Below are positions 20,338 through 29,492 of a DNA stretch of 56,469 nucleotides, in pieces (position 1 is the first letter of the stretch; every line of letters starts with the position of its first letter). The position numbers and the translations under genes were made by a program. The notes under the pieces were generated by a model. The model searched no databases, had not been told where the DNA came from, and saw only the letters and a program-made list of their open reading frames with translations. The stretch lies in NCBI GenBank assembly GCA_964607485.1, contig CAZSKP010000030.1, positions 1-56,469 of the forward strand, given 5' to 3'. Source of the stretch: an uncultured bacterium. Lineage in GTDB: Bacteria > Abyssobacteria > SURF-5.

Positions 20338-21729
20338 CTACACTTCCTTGAAATTTACGTCCAGCAGGCCGTATCTCTTCATCTTTTGATACAGCGTGGT
20401 CCGGTTGATCTCAAGGAAGTCGGCCGTCTTGTTTCGGTTGCCCTTGAAGTGCTGGAGCGTCTTGGAAATGGCGTTCTTTTCCGCGGCCTCGACCGCCACG
20501 TGGAGCGGCGCCAGGCTGTCCGATGGTTGGACGGTCCCGGGGTCGCGCAGGTAGTCGGGCAGAAGGTCGAAGGTGATGTATTCGCCCGTGCAGAGGATAA
20601 CGGCTCTCTCGATGGCGTTCTCGAGCTCCCTGACGTTGCCCGGCCACGAGTGTGACAGCAACCTCTTCATCACCTCATCGCTGACCCCCGCGACGTGCTT
20701 CGAGTTGATTTTGTTATACCTCTCGATGAAATGCTCGACCAACAGGGGCACGTCGCCGAGCCGGTCTTTGATGGGCGAGAGGTTTATCGACACCACGTTC
20801 AGGCGGTAGAAAAGGTCCTCACGGAACTCGCCGTTGGCGACGCATCGCTCGAGGTCGCGGTTCGCCGCCGCGATCACCCGCGCGTTACTCTGGATCGTCT
20901 CCGTGCTGCCCACCCTCTCGAATTTCTTATCCTGGAGGAACCTGAGCAGCTTCACCTGCAGCCGCAGGCTGAGCGTGTCGATCTCATCCAGGAAGACTGT
21001 GCCTTCCTTCGCCCGCTCGATTCTGCCGACCTTATCGCTCGAAGCGCTCGTGAAGGCCCCCTTCACATGGCCGAAGAGCTCGCTCTCAAGAAGGTTTTCC
21101 GACAGCGCGCCGCAGCTTATCTCCATGAGCGGCTGGTCCTTGCGGCGGGAATGGTAGTGAATGGCCCGGGCAATGGTCGATTTTCCGGTGCCGCTCGCGC
21201 CGTTTATCAGGATGGTCGCCTCGGTGTCGGCGATGACTGAAATCAAATCGAACGTCTCTTGCATCTGTTTGTCGTTGCTCACGAGGTTTTCGAACTGGAA
21301 CTTCTCGGCAAGCTTCTTTTTCAGCTCCAGATTCTCACGCCGGAGGTTCTTCTGCTCGAGCGCCCGCTCGATGGATAGCAAGACTTCATCGTCGTTGAGA
21401 GGTTTCGTTATGTATTCGTAGGCTCCCTGCTTGATCCCGGTGACCGCATCCTCGATCGTGCCGTACGCGGTTATCAAGATGACTATGCTCTCGGGATGTT
21501 TTTCCTTGACGGCTTTCAAGAGGTCGAACCCGTTCAGGCCGGGCATGCTTATGTCGGTGATAATCACGTCGCATGCGGTGTGACCCAGCATGCTCAGAGC
21601 CTTCTCGCCGTCCTCGGCTGCGTTGACGGGGTAGCCTTCGAGAGAGAGGAGTTCTTTGAGAGAGTATCTGGTGAGCGGATCGTCGTCAACTATGAGGATC
21701 CGGGCGTCCTTTGATTTCTTGCCGCGCAT
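20338..21729 (-). CDS. Sigma-54-dependent response regulator (REC-AAA+-Fis HTH, NtrC family)
   Basis: ILIVDDD/TDISMP receiver; GASGTGKS, ESELFGHVKGAFTSA, FLDEI and WPGNVREL; C-terminal HTH. Confidence 0.95.
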   Translation of the reverse strand: MRGKKSKDARILIVDDDPLTRYSLKELLSLEGYPVNAAEDGEKALSMLGHTACDVIITDISMPGLNGFDLLKAVKEKHPESIVILITAYGTIEDAVTGIKQGAYEYITKPLNDDEVLLSIERALEQKNLRRENLELKKKLAEKFQFENLVSNDKQMQETFDLISVIADTEATILINGASGTGKSTIARAIHYHSRRKDQPLMEISCGALSENLLESELFGHVKGAFTSASSDKVGRIERAKEGTVFLDEIDTLSLRLQVKLLRFLQDKKFERVGSTETIQSNARVIAAANRDLERCVANGEFREDLFYRLNVVSINLSPIKDRLGDVPLLVEHFIERYNKINSKHVAGVSDEVMKRLLSHSWPGNVRELENAIERAVILCTGEYITFDLLPDYLRDPGTVQPSDSLAPLHVAVEAAEKNAISKTLQHFKGNRNKTADFLEINRTTLYQKMKRYGLLDVNFKEV

Positions 21730-21750
21730 ATTTCGGGAGGTCTGCGTGTC

Positions 21751-23403
21751 CTAGGGGGTCAACTTGCTCAGTGGAAAAGTCAGATGCGTTCTTGTTCCGA
21801 CATCTTCTTCGGATTCGACCTCGATTTTTCCACCGTATTTATCGACCATCTTCTTCATGATCGCCAGGCCGAGACCTGTCCCCCGACCGTATTCCTTCGT
21901 TGTCCAAAAGGTGTCGAAAATGCGAGATTGAACATGCTTCGGGATTCCACAGCCGTCGTCGTGGACAGTGATGTGGAGACTGTCACTGTCCATCTTTGTT
22001 TCGATGCCCACATTGCCTCGCTCGGGCTTGACGGCGTCGAAGGAGTTCGACAACAGGTTGCCGACGATCTGATAGAAATCGTTCGTCCTCACGGTGGGAC
22101 TCTCGGAGGCTAATTTCAGACGAAGCGAAATGTCTTTGCCTTCGTGCCTGCCCCGGACAACCTTCACGGCGCTGTCGATTACCGTATTCAGCGAAGTAAA
22201 TTCGCCGTCGAACGAGGCGCTCTTACGCGAAAAACTGAGGAGCGACCTCACCAGCGACGCTATCCGGTTCAAACCCTTCTGGGCTTCGCCGAGATATTCC
22301 CTGACGGGGTCGTCCTCGCCAGCCTGCGCCAGAGAGAGGTTTATCAGGCGCATGACGCCGTCGAGGGGGTTGTTGACCTCGTGCGTTATCATTGAGGTCA
22401 GGCTGCCGATGAGAGAGAATTTTTCCGCCTCGAGGAGTCGCTGCCGCATATCATAGTTCTTCGTATTATCTTCGACGAGAAGCAGCCCGCCGAGCAGTTC
22501 GCCCTCGGTCGAGGCAAAGGGAGAGAAAAACATGTTTACGATGCGAAACTCGGGGGAATTCGTGACCTTTACGTCGTTGAGGGAGAAGGGCTTTCCCCCC
22601 AGCAGCAGGGCTTCGAGCCGCTCCTTCAGCTTGTTGCGCTCCACGTCGAAAGGCAGGTCCAGAATGCTCAGCGCGGGGATTTGCGCCTCGGCACCCCGGC
22701 CGAGGAGCCGGCCGAGGTCTGTCTCCCGACTGCAATAGGTGATGTTGAACTGGCGGTCGAATATCAGCACATACTGCGAAAGGCACCGCAAGATGTTGGC
22801 GTTGTAATTCTTTATTTCACGCAGCTGCCTCTCTATATCGTCGAGACTTTCCTGGGTCTTCTCGGTTTCTCTGACGAGTCGCTCGTTCGCCTTGAAGGGC
22901 CGTTGATACGCGATCATCTGACCCAGCACGTCCGCGCATCCCTCGGATATGGCTTGAAGCTTCTTCAGCTCTCTTTTCGAGAAGGGCCGACCGGACTTTC
23001 GACCGGCCACGTTGATTACTCCCAGCACTGCCGCCCCCTTCAGCACGGGACACGACATGAATGTGTCCACGGGGTACCTGTCCTTCCGCGACGTCAACCC
23101 TTTTGCCTTTGAAAGGTCGGTCACCAGGAGAGGTTCCCTGTTGGCGGCCACGTAACCCGAGATGCCCTCGCCGAGCCTGACGATCCGGCCGCAGTGGCGG
23201 TTGCGGCGAGTGCCGACCGCCTTTACCAGCTGCAGGCTTTCGTTGTCCTCCTCCATGAGAAGGAGCGAGCCCGACTCCGCGCGCAGTTCACCCAGACAGT
23301 GACGGAGTATTTCCTCGGACGTCTTATTCCAGTCGAAGATATCGCTGATGGGCGGGACAAGCGATAACTGCTTCTTGCGGGTCTTCGTGTGGGTGGACTT
23401 CAT
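21751..23403 (-). CDS. GAF-domain sensor histidine kinase (cytoplasmic)
   Basis: GAF (GEGISGYVA), THEVNNPL H-box, NLLSNSFDA, DDGCGI and GTGLGL; GGAGGGAG RBS before ATG 23403; no TM evident. Confidence 0.92.
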   Translation of the reverse strand: MKSTHTKTRKKQLSLVPPISDIFDWNKTSEEILRHCLGELRAESGSLLLMEEDNESLQLVKAVGTRRNRHCGRIVRLGEGISGYVAANREPLLVTDLSKAKGLTSRKDRYPVDTFMSCPVLKGAAVLGVINVAGRKSGRPFSKRELKKLQAISEGCADVLGQMIAYQRPFKANERLVRETEKTQESLDDIERQLREIKNYNANILRCLSQYVLIFDRQFNITYCSRETDLGRLLGRGAEAQIPALSILDLPFDVERNKLKERLEALLLGGKPFSLNDVKVTNSPEFRIVNMFFSPFASTEGELLGGLLLVEDNTKNYDMRQRLLEAEKFSLIGSLTSMITHEVNNPLDGVMRLINLSLAQAGEDDPVREYLGEAQKGLNRIASLVRSLLSFSRKSASFDGEFTSLNTVIDSAVKVVRGRHEGKDISLRLKLASESPTVRTNDFYQIVGNLLSNSFDAVKPERGNVGIETKMDSDSLHITVHDDGCGIPKHVQSRIFDTFWTTKEYGRGTGLGLAIMKKMVDKYGGKIEVESEEDVGTRTHLTFPLSKLTP

Positions 23404-24184
23404 CCAAGCGCTCCCTCCGCCCCATGGTTCTTCTGAAGGAGGGGACAATCCTTCAGAATCGATTCGCTCTCAAACGCGCCTGTCGCTCGCGTGAAATCTT
23501 CCCTGTATATCGAGCGCCCTGAACCTTACTCTTTGAATGACAAACATCCGAAAGCCGGGGCGATGAATCCTCTGGTTCCCTCGTACATCCTATTTATCGT
23601 CTTCTGGCGAAAGAAAATTTAGTTATTCACCGTAAGACTATCTTAGTCGCACAAAGGGTACTTTCGCTTGAAAAGAAATTTTTTGAAGATGTAATGTACG
23701 GAACAACGGTTATTGCCCGCGCGCCCGACGGCATTATCCGATCGTTCATTTCTGCTCGATATAACTATGAGATTATTATATACCAATTTTCTGATTTGTC
23801 AAGGGTAAAAGGTAACTTTTTGCTTCCGTTTCTAAACTGGTGTTCAGGCGGCGTGCATGCACTCTCTTGCACAATAACTTTTACTGACAGTGTGCGGGTT
23901 GCTTGCCGGAGCCTGATGTTTCTCATTTCAGTTGCGCTCTGCAGTTTCGGAGTTCTTAGATATTTTAAGTGCAGAATTTGCTTAATCATGCTCCCAAATG
24001 CGCGTGAACGCAAGAGTTTTCCTCAAGAAAATTTCTGTTGTGAATAGTCCACACTATTGCCTCTTCGTTCAGATTTCAAGACATTTTTCCGGGCTGGCAC
24101 CGCCGTTTGTTTCACCCCATACTTATGCCTTAAGTACTGTGTTGACAATAGATTGCCAAGAAATGAGAAGAGCTCTTCGAGATA

Positions 24185-24200
24185 CGGCCCGCATTTTGCA
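24185..24200 (+). promoter_or_regulatory. Putative sigma-54 promoter for the PilZ-sugar transferase-FN3 unit
   Basis: CGGCCCGCATTTTGCA has GG-N10-GC spacing with a TTGCA -12 element; divergent from the kinase/bEBP pair. Confidence 0.6.
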
Positions 24201-24275
24201 TTTTTCGGAGACGGAGATACATGCGAGTAGGAAGAATTCTGCTGGCATTCATAAGAAAAGGGACGTCGCTTCGTC

Positions 24276-24623
24276 GTGACTTCGTCCGAGAGGCGTAAGG
24301 ATGCCCGCATGGAAGCTCATCTTTTCACAGTGTTCCGGCGGCTTCCCAAGAAAAAAAAGGAGGCAGACCTTCCGCAAGTGGGATATACCCGCGATATTTC
24401 CGTGGGAGGTGTGTACTTCTATACCCAAAGCGACGTGAGAAGAGGAGAGCGTTTGTCTTTGACGATTCACGTAACATCCGACTGGGCGGAAGGAGGCTCT
24501 CCGCCGAGGCTGGAGGGAGAGGGGAAGATCCTGAGAGTGGAACGTGCCCGCAACGCTCTTCCACCAAATGATTTTCGAGGCGTGGCCGTCCAGTTCGCAC
24601 AGGAAGTGGCTGTTTCTTTTTAG
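24276..24623 (+). CDS. Stand-alone PilZ-domain protein
   Basis: RRKDAR (RxxxR) and DISVGG (DxSxxG) c-di-GMP motifs; C-terminal GVAVQF. Confidence 0.88.
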   Translation: MTSSERRKDARMEAHLFTVFRRLPKKKKEADLPQVGYTRDISVGGVYFYTQSDVRRGERLSLTIHVTSDWAEGGSPPRLEGEGKILRVERARNALPPNDFRGVAVQFAQEVAVSF

Positions 24624-24661
24624 TTTTGTGCAAGGCAACAAGAAGAACACGAGCAACAACA

Positions 24662-25618
24662 ATGAAATCGATTAAGAACATCAGACTCGGAGTTGGGTTT
24701 CTCATCGTCGTGGGAGCTCCTCCCTACCTCCTCTACGATTTTCTGCATATCGCGCAGGGGCGGAGAAGTTTGCTCCACTCGCTCATGTTTATTGCGATAG
24801 CCTGTCTTGTGGCGGTCACTGCGTACTGGCTGCTCAGGTTGAAGGGAAAGGACTACGCGCGGCTGAAGCCTCTGTGGGAACGACCTGTTTCGTTCATACT
24901 TCTCGCGCTTTCTTCTCCGCTGCTCCTCATTACCGCGCTCATGATCAAGCTCGAATCACCGGGCTCTGCGTTCTACAGCCAGGAGAGGGTGGGCAAGAAC
25001 AGGAGAGCGAAGGAAAGGCGCCGGGCGCTTCGCGATGACGAACATTATCCGTTTCGGGATCGCAGAAACGGCGACCGCCGCCAGCGCGACCACGGGGGTA
25101 GGCCCTTCACCATGTACAAGCTCCGCTCGATGAGAGCGGACGCCGAGGAAGAGACGGGAGCCGCGTGGTCCTCCGGTGATCATGACCACCGCGTGACCAA
25201 GATCGGCTACTACATTCGGAAGACACATATCGATGAGCTTCCGCAACTCTTCAACGTGCTCATGGGTCAGATGAGCATCATCGGCCCCCGACCGGAGAGG
25301 CCGGCCTTCATCGCCCAACTGACGGAAGTCATCCAGGGCTATCGAGAGCGCCTGATTGTTTCACCCGGCATTACCGGGCTGGCGCAAGTGCAGCAAAAGC
25401 ACGACGAGTCGGTTGAGGACGTGAAGAGAAAGCTTCAATACGACAAGGAATACATTGGAAATGTCTGTCTCCTGATGGACATTCAAATAATTCTTCAGAC
25501 CATCGCTCTCATTTTCAATCTGTTCTGGAAGGCGCTCAAAAAGAGGACGATCGAAAAGATCGAACCCAAGACCCCGGAAACCCTGCTGACCGAAAGCGCT
25601 CCCCGGCGGAGCAGGTAA
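24662..25618 (+). CDS. Priming sugar transferase (undecaprenyl-phosphate phosphoglycosyl transferase, WcaJ/EpsL family)
   Basis: IKLESPG, QERVG, YKLRSM, IDELPQLFNV..GQMSIIGPRPER and PGITGLAQV. Confidence 0.92.
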   Translation: MKSIKNIRLGVGFLIVVGAPPYLLYDFLHIAQGRRSLLHSLMFIAIACLVAVTAYWLLRLKGKDYARLKPLWERPVSFILLALSSPLLLITALMIKLESPGSAFYSQERVGKNRRAKERRRALRDDEHYPFRDRRNGDRRQRDHGGRPFTMYKLRSMRADAEEETGAAWSSGDHDHRVTKIGYYIRKTHIDELPQLFNVLMGQMSIIGPRPERPAFIAQLTEVIQGYRERLIVSPGITGLAQVQQKHDESVEDVKRKLQYDKEYIGNVCLLMDIQIILQTIALIFNLFWKALKKRTIEKIEPKTPETLLTESAPRRSR

Positions 25619-25823
25619 ACGGGTGAAACGAGACTGAGCGCGGTCGTTTGCAGGGGGACATGCAGGCGCCACCGCTCAGTCCCAATGGGAATATCCGGAC
25701 CGTTCGTATTTTCCCCGGCGCCAGATAAGACGTTTCCTCGGCCCGAGCGAGACCAAAATCCCTTATCCTTTGGAGGGTACGTGCACAATCTGTCCGGGTA
25801 GAGGACGACGTGGAGGGAAGACA

Positions 25824-26225
25824 ATGCGAAGGGCTGACAGAATCCTGCGCAGCGGCTTGGTTGTTGCGCTTTTCATTATGCTCTTGTTGCCATCCGGTGT
25901 GCGGGCCGCCGATGTCTACATCAACCGGCCATATGTAACTCTCACCTGGACGGCCAACCCCGACCCCGATCTGGGCGGCTATGAGGTTTTCAGGGCCAAT
26001 TCTTACGACGGTCCCTATGACAAGCTACACGAAGGGCTCATTACCGCCACCTCCTGGACCGACACCAACGTGAGCGACGGCCTCACGTACTATTACAAAC
26101 TGCGGGCGGTTGACCTATGCGGCAACGTGAGCGATTTCTCCCTCCCTTCAGATGCCGCCGTCATACACCTCACGGATCAGGATGCGCATCTCGCGCCCAG
26201 TTCCGAGACTGATGACGCCTCCTAG
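25824..26225 (+). CDS. Small secreted fibronectin type III domain protein
   Basis: GGAGGG RBS; signal peptide ending VRA; VTLTW..DLGGYEVFR..WTD..TYYYKLRAVD..GNVS. Confidence 0.82.
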   Translation: MRRADRILRSGLVVALFIMLLLPSGVRAADVYINRPYVTLTWTANPDPDLGGYEVFRANSYDGPYDKLHEGLITATSWTDTNVSDGLTYYYKLRAVDLCGNVSDFSLPSDAAVIHLTDQDAHLAPSSETDDAS

Positions 26226-26361
26226 CCGGCTGTGGCCTCGAGGACTCATCCGATTAGTCCCTCTATCGACACCCTCATAAACCGAATAGGGTCCCACTGC
26301 CATTTCTGGAGAAACAGCTCCGGGTCGGATTCAAACGAGCCGCGGCATCCCCGGCGGCTCT

Positions 26362-27273
26362 TCAGGCGGGGGAAACGGGGAAAGGCTGCGGAAAATAGCG
26401 TGAAGGCTCCCCGGATTTCACTTTGGCGGCGAAGTGAAAGACCCCCCACATGCCGCAGAGGTCGCAGTCCACATCGTTGCCCGCGCAACAAAACGGGACC
26501 TCGAATTCCTTGCCGTTGAGGTAGAGCGGGAGCAGGAACTTCTTGGGAAGACAGTTGTCGGTCACTTCTCTTGAGTTGGCCGGAAGCATCAGCTCGAGGC
26601 TTTCCTCCGAATTCCATACAAATTTCGGATAACGTGCCCTGAGCTCCATCACGCGGCGCACGGCGGGCTCGCGCTCTTCGAGCGAGCGCCACCCGAGAGA
26701 GGTGGTGTCGTGGCGCCGGGGAATGTAGAAGGTATACACCAGCCCATCGACCCTGGTGTCGATTATCGCCCGCAAGAGTTCCTCCAGATGGCTCTCGTTC
26801 TCCCTGGAGACGACGCATTGCACCTGGATGGTAGGGTCGAACCGGTCGGGCACACGCCCCAGCGTGCGCATCACGCGCGCGAAACAGCCCTTGCCGCGGA
26901 CGCGGTCGTTGATCTCCTCCGGCCCGTCAAGCGACACGACGTAGACGCAACGCCCCAAGTCGATGAGGTCGATGGTTCCGTTCGTGACGATTGTGTTCTC
27001 GGCAAACAGCTTCACGCCCTCGGTCAACACGTCTTTCCTCAACAGCGGCTCGCCTCCCATCCATACCATCGTGTGGATGCGATGCTTGTCCCTGAGTTTT
27101 TCTAGGGTTTCGAGCATCGTGGCGGTATCCATTTCGTCGGGCAAACGTTTGGGACGCGTGTTCGGGTTGCCTTCGCGATAGACGAAACAGTGGCGGCACC
27201 TGAGCGTGCAGCGGTTGGTCACATTCACCATGGCCACGGGAAAGAATCGGTCGCCCAATTCATCAATCTTCAT
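26362..27273 (-). CDS. Radical SAM protein
   Basis: CTLRCRHC (CxxxCxxC), GGEPLLR, TNGT and VSLDG; Cys-rich C-terminus. Confidence 0.92.
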   Translation of the reverse strand: MKIDELGDRFFPVAMVNVTNRCTLRCRHCFVYREGNPNTRPKRLPDEMDTATMLETLEKLRDKHRIHTMVWMGGEPLLRKDVLTEGVKLFAENTIVTNGTIDLIDLGRCVYVVSLDGPEEINDRVRGKGCFARVMRTLGRVPDRFDPTIQVQCVVSRENESHLEELLRAIIDTRVDGLVYTFYIPRRHDTTSLGWRSLEEREPAVRRVMELRARYPKFVWNSEESLELMLPANSREVTDNCLPKKFLLPLYLNGKEFEVPFCCAGNDVDCDLCGMWGVFHFAAKVKSGEPSRYFPQPFPVSPA

Positions 27274-27301
27274 GATTTCCTCCCACCCCGCTCGACGAAG
27301 C

Positions 27302-27478
27302 TCACGCTCCCGTTATCGCGCCCTCCGGACAGACGTCGGCGCATGAGCCGCAATCGGTGCACACGTCGGGGTCGATGACGTACCTGTCGGCAGCATCCAC
27401 GCTGATGGCGTCCATCGGGCATTCTTCCAGACACTCGCCGCATCGGGCGCACTTCTCGTCAATGATTCTGTATGCCAT
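27302..27478 (-). CDS. 2[4Fe-4S] ferredoxin (58 aa, absent from the supplied ORF track)
   Basis: Manual translation MAYRIIDEKCARCGECLEECPMDAI...VCTDCGSCADVCPEGAITGA gives two CxxCxxCxxxCP motifs; AAGGA RBS. Confidence 0.93.
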   Translation of the reverse strand: MAYRIIDEKCARCGECLEECPMDAISVDAADRYVIDPDVCTDCGSCADVCPEGAITGA

Positions 27479-27567
27479 CCGATTCCTTATAATGTCAGCA
27501 GGCGCACGTGCGGCGAGACTTGTCCGAACTCAGGCTCCCCGGCAGACCGCGCCGGCATGTTCCCTCG

Positions 27568-28842
27568 TCACTTTGCCGGAACTTGCTCGTGCACCTTCCA
27601 CATGTCTTCATCGGAGAAGCATTTCTCCGACTCATCGCCGCCGATTGCGTCCGCCTCGAAATCTCTGTACTGCTCCATCTGCTCCAGCACCTCCCTGTAG
27701 TATTCGTGCTGAATGAGGAGACTCATGATCTCGCTCGTTCCGGTCCAGATCATGCACAGACGCTGGTCGCGAAGCGCCTTCTCAATCGGGTAAACGTCGG
27801 TGTAGCCGATTCCGCCCATGATCTGCATGGCCTTGTTGATGACGTCCCAGGCCATCTCGGTCCCGAACTTCTTCGCCTCGCTCACAATGCGTCTCACGTT
27901 CGGCTGTCCCGTATCGACCGCCTTCGCGGCCATGTATACAAGTGCCCTGGCAGCGTCGAGCTTGGTGATCGACTCGGCGATCATGAACTGGATCGCCTGG
28001 AACTTCCGTATCGGCCGTCCGAAGGCGACCCGCTTGGTGCTGTAGTCGAGCGCAAGATTCAATGGCGCAAAGCAGCCCAGGCTTGCCGCAGCGGAGGTGA
28101 GACGCTCGGGTATCATCGTCTGGTTGAATACCATCCCGCCCATATTCAGCTCGCCGACGAGGTTTTCCTTCGGGACCTTGACATCGCGGAACACAAGCCG
28201 GCCCGTGCCGCCGCCCCGGCAGCCGAGCAAGCCGTAAAGATACTCCGCCTCCACGCCGGGCCCCTTGTCGATAAGCAACGCGCTGATGGCGTTGTGCGGC
28301 GGAGCGCCCTTATCGAAATTCGTCCGGCAGAAGACCAGGAAGAAATCGGCCTCCGACGCCGCGACGACAAATCGCTTCTGGCCGTTCACGACGAAGTGGT
28401 CTCCGTCGAGGACCGCCTTCGTCGTCGCGCCGAAGAAGTCGGAGCCGCCCCGCGGTTCGGTAAGCGCCTCCGCGCTTACGACCTCACCCTTGAGAAGGGG
28501 CACGAGGTACTTCTCCTTCTGCTCGTCGGTTCCGAACGTGTTGATAGCCTCGCCGACGATCGAGGGCATCACATAGGCGCATCCGAGCGCGGCGCCGAGA
28601 ATCCCGATCTCCTCTTCCACGGCAACCTCCGCCGTCCACCCCAGCTCCCTGCCTCCCCATTTTTTCGGAAAGCGCAGGCCGAGCAGGTTCCGCTCACCCA
28701 GCTTCTTCACGTACTCGCGGGGATACTTTATCTCGTCCTTGTCCATCTGTTTCGTGAGTTCCGGCGGCACCTCGTTTTTCACGAACTCCCGTGCTTCCAT
28801 TTTTACCGCTCGCTCGACATCGGTAAGCATGAAGTCGTACAT
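27568..28842 (-). CDS. Acyl-CoA dehydrogenase
   Basis: ALTEPRGGSD, NGQKRFV, RVAFGRPI..FQAIQ and AMQIMGGIGY. Confidence 0.95.
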   Translation of the reverse strand: MYDFMLTDVERAVKMEAREFVKNEVPPELTKQMDKDEIKYPREYVKKLGERNLLGLRFPKKWGGRELGWTAEVAVEEEIGILGAALGCAYVMPSIVGEAINTFGTDEQKEKYLVPLLKGEVVSAEALTEPRGGSDFFGATTKAVLDGDHFVVNGQKRFVVAASEADFFLVFCRTNFDKGAPPHNAISALLIDKGPGVEAEYLYGLLGCRGGGTGRLVFRDVKVPKENLVGELNMGGMVFNQTMIPERLTSAAASLGCFAPLNLALDYSTKRVAFGRPIRKFQAIQFMIAESITKLDAARALVYMAAKAVDTGQPNVRRIVSEAKKFGTEMAWDVINKAMQIMGGIGYTDVYPIEKALRDQRLCMIWTGTSEIMSLLIQHEYYREVLEQMEQYRDFEADAIGGDESEKCFSDEDMWKVHEQVPAK

Positions 28843-28853
28843 GGCTCCCTCCC

Positions 28854-29486
28854 TTATCGGTCTCCGACCGTATGTTCGAACTGGTCCGCAATCGTCTCCG
28901 CGAGGAGACGCGTGCGGCTCCTGATTTCCTGCCGGGTACGTCCCGGATAATTCACGAAGCTGATCATCACGCCGTTCAGCGCGGCAAAAAAAGCGTGAGC
29001 AAGAATTCGCGAATTCCTCTCACCTCCTTCACGGCTGAAAATCGTCTCCACCCTGTCCACAATCCGACGCAGGTCGCTGTTCACCCTGTCGACCGCCTTG
29101 TCGGAGAGCGTGCCCTCGAGCATGAAATGGCTCATCATCTGAAAGAACAACATGTGTTCATGCAGGAAATCGACGTACGTTCTCGCCAGGCTGCAGAGCG
29201 GGCGGGGATCTTCGGGGTCCACTTCGGCGTCGATTCTCTCGAGGATTTCGCCGACGCCCGCCTCGAACAGTTCGACGAAGATGTCGGTCCGTCCCGAGAA
29301 ATAGCGATAGATGAATCCGACGGAGACGCCTGCCTTGCGGGCGACATCGCGCATGTTGACGCCCGAGATGCCCCTCTTGGAGAACAGCTCCTGCGCAGCG
29401 TCGAGGACGATTTCCCTGCGCCGCTCTCTCTCGTGCTTTTTCAGTTCCGTTACGGTCGAGTTAGCCAAGGTGATAACCCCATTCAT
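28854..29486 (-). CDS. TetR-family transcriptional regulator
   Basis: IVLDAAQELFSKRG..MRDVARKAGVSVGFIYRYF HTH; start is ATG 29486 or TTG 29468. Confidence 0.93.
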   Translation of the reverse strand: MNGVITLANSTVTELKKHERERRREIVLDAAQELFSKRGISGVNMRDVARKAGVSVGFIYRYFSGRTDIFVELFEAGVGEILERIDAEVDPEDPRPLCSLARTYVDFLHEHMLFFQMMSHFMLEGTLSDKAVDRVNSDLRRIVDRVETIFSREGGERNSRILAHAFFAALNGVMISFVNYPGRTRQEIRSRTRLLAETIADQFEHTVGDR

Positions 29487-29492
29487 CTTTGC

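Noticed and set aside
24095-24110. TGGCACCGCCGTTTGT as a sigma-54 promoter
   Set aside because: No GC at -12 with the required GG-N10-GC spacing; the 24185 site fits better
23694-24310. Several 80-120 aa ORFs in the divergent intergenic region
   Set aside because: No RBS or motifs recognised, atypical composition, mutually overlapping
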